From positions 1 to 26,425 of the IMG/VR virus record IMGVR_UViG_3300033555_000020: DNA of 26,425 nt. One strand, written 5' to 3'. The stretch comes from a virus. Lineage: Duplodnaviria > Caudoviricetes. Below the pieces are notes generated by a model. It made no database searches and was not told the origin of the DNA. It was given only the letters and a program-made list of their open reading frames with translations. Both the position numbers and the translations under genes were made by a program. Of the stretch, positions 25,351 to 26,425 are shown piece after piece (position 1 is the stretch's first letter; each line of letters begins with the position of its first letter).

Positions 25351-25520
25351 GGGAACAGCAACCGCTCGAGCGCGGTGTACGGGTGGCCGTTCACGCAGAC
25401 CAGCTTCACCAGCAAGCTGCCGGCGGGGAGGTTTCCGCACGAGCAGTTCGGCGCGCAGAGAGCCTGCTGCCACGGAGCCATCTGCTGGTAGTCGTGCCAG
25501 CTGACGAGAAGTCGATGCAT
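25347..25520 (-). CDS. Small Cys-rich hypothetical protein
   Basis: CSCG...CVNGH; start position uncertain. Confidence 0.4.
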   Translation of the reverse strand: MHRLLVSWHDYQQMAPWQQALCAPNCSCGNLPAGSLLVKLVCVNGHPYTALERLLFP

Positions 25521-25716
25521 GCCCACCACTGTGCACCACGCGGCAAGACCTCCTAGAGGAGCACCAGTTCCGGGCCGAGGCCGAACAGCCGTCCTGCTGA
25601 CACGTAGACACCAGCCACTGCTCAGCACGCACTCCACGCACACGCATCACGTTCACATACACACACCTAAATACCTTGCATTACCTATTCGCACGCTCGC
25701 TAGTACCAACACGTAG

Positions 25717-25763
25717 GCGCATTCCTCACCTTTCACGTACTAGCTCACAGCGCATTCCTCACC
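25717..25763. repeat. 14-bp direct repeat GCGCATTCCTCACC x2
   Basis: Exact copies at 25717-25730 and 25750-25763 (33-bp period). Confidence 0.8.
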
Positions 25764-25995
25764 CCAGCCGGGCCTGTCCCACTCGCGCACACGCTCCCAG
25801 CAGCACAGTGGCGAGCACACATGTAAATCCCTGTCAATACGATTGTGCGCGTGCACAGCTGCACATTGTAAATGCAGAGTATTCACGTCTCTGCATGGAT
25901 ATTCAGGGGTTTTATGGCCTCTGGTCCCACATGCTGGGACGATAACGGCTGCATATTATGCACAAGCCTCTGACCTGCAGGTATGCGCTCAGAAC

Positions 25996-26023
25996 CCGCC
26001 CGATAACGGTGATTATGTCAACT
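25996..26023 (+). other. dif-like XerC/XerD recombination site
   Basis: CCGCCCGATAA-CGGTGA-TTATGTCAACT: 11-6-11 architecture. The right arm is close to E. coli XerD TTATGTTAAAT and to actinobacterial TTATGTCAAGT. Confidence 0.8.
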
Positions 26024-26425
26024 CACCCCTGCAGCGACGTCCGCACGGCCAGCTCGGCCTCGAGCTTGACACGCACATTGTTGCGTGCTAGCTAAATGCA
26101 CACAATAAATGGACCCCCCTCCCTTAGTGCATTCGGGCACTCAGGCCGGCCCGGTAACTCGGATACCTGGCGACATCGGGGACAGGGCAGTGGCGAAAAA
26201 TGGCGGGGATGCCGCGAGGGGCAGTGGCGCAGTGGCAGCATCTGTGCGTCCGCAGGCATGCGGCATGAGCACTAATCACATGGGTTTGCGTGTATCGGGG
26301 GATCGCGTGCACTGCGTGCACGGGCAGCCGAGAAGACGCTTCCGCGTCCAGTCGGCATCGGCATGGGCGCGGGAAACCTCGAGCATTAGTCGGTCTTCGG
26401 CAGAGGGGTGCGCGGGGTGTGGGGG

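Larger units (their letters stand above)
25530..26425. promoter_or_regulatory. Large non-coding control region
   Basis: Lower GC, no ORF with phage-like codon bias, many TGCA/GCAC words and short repeats; lies upstream of the minus-strand operon. Confidence 0.6.

Noticed and set aside
25519-26321. Short ORFs and tRNA genes in the terminal region
   Set aside because: The ORFs lack the phage codon bias and RBSs; no cloverleaf or T-loop GTTCGA in tRNA context was seen by eye.

Overview
GC-rich, gene-dense fragment of a tailed-phage genome, most likely from an actinobacterial host (WhiB, M15-peptidase endolysin, actinobacterial-type dif site). About 1-9.3 kb (+) is a replication/recombination block: SSB-like, family A DNA polymerase, RecA, Hjc-type resolvase, WhiB, Cas4-like exonuclease, RusA, SpoVS. 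About 9.3-13.6 kb (+) holds small unknown genes, a ParB-like and a glycosylase-like protein, and the endolysin. About 13.7-23.6 kb (+) holds RyR-domain, ThyX, DUF3310, two HNH genes, an Acb2/Tad1-like protein, a nucleotidyltransferase, an Arr-like ADP-ribosyltransferase, a degenerate HAD, a second ParB-like gene and a TGT/DpdA-like fusion. About 23.6-25.5 kb (-) is a run of tiny genes, followed by about 0.9 kb of non-coding DNA. The best leads are: (1) an 11-6-11 XerCD dif-like site at 25996-26023; (2) a shared N-terminal L-[GS]-x(1-2)-Q-F tag on four unrelated proteins; (3) an NTase/ART/HAD/TGT-like cluster in which two enzymes lack catalytic Asp residues; (4) AT-rich codon patches at the Cys motifs of a gene flanked by two HNH genes. 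All calls come from reading motifs by eye; no database searches were run.
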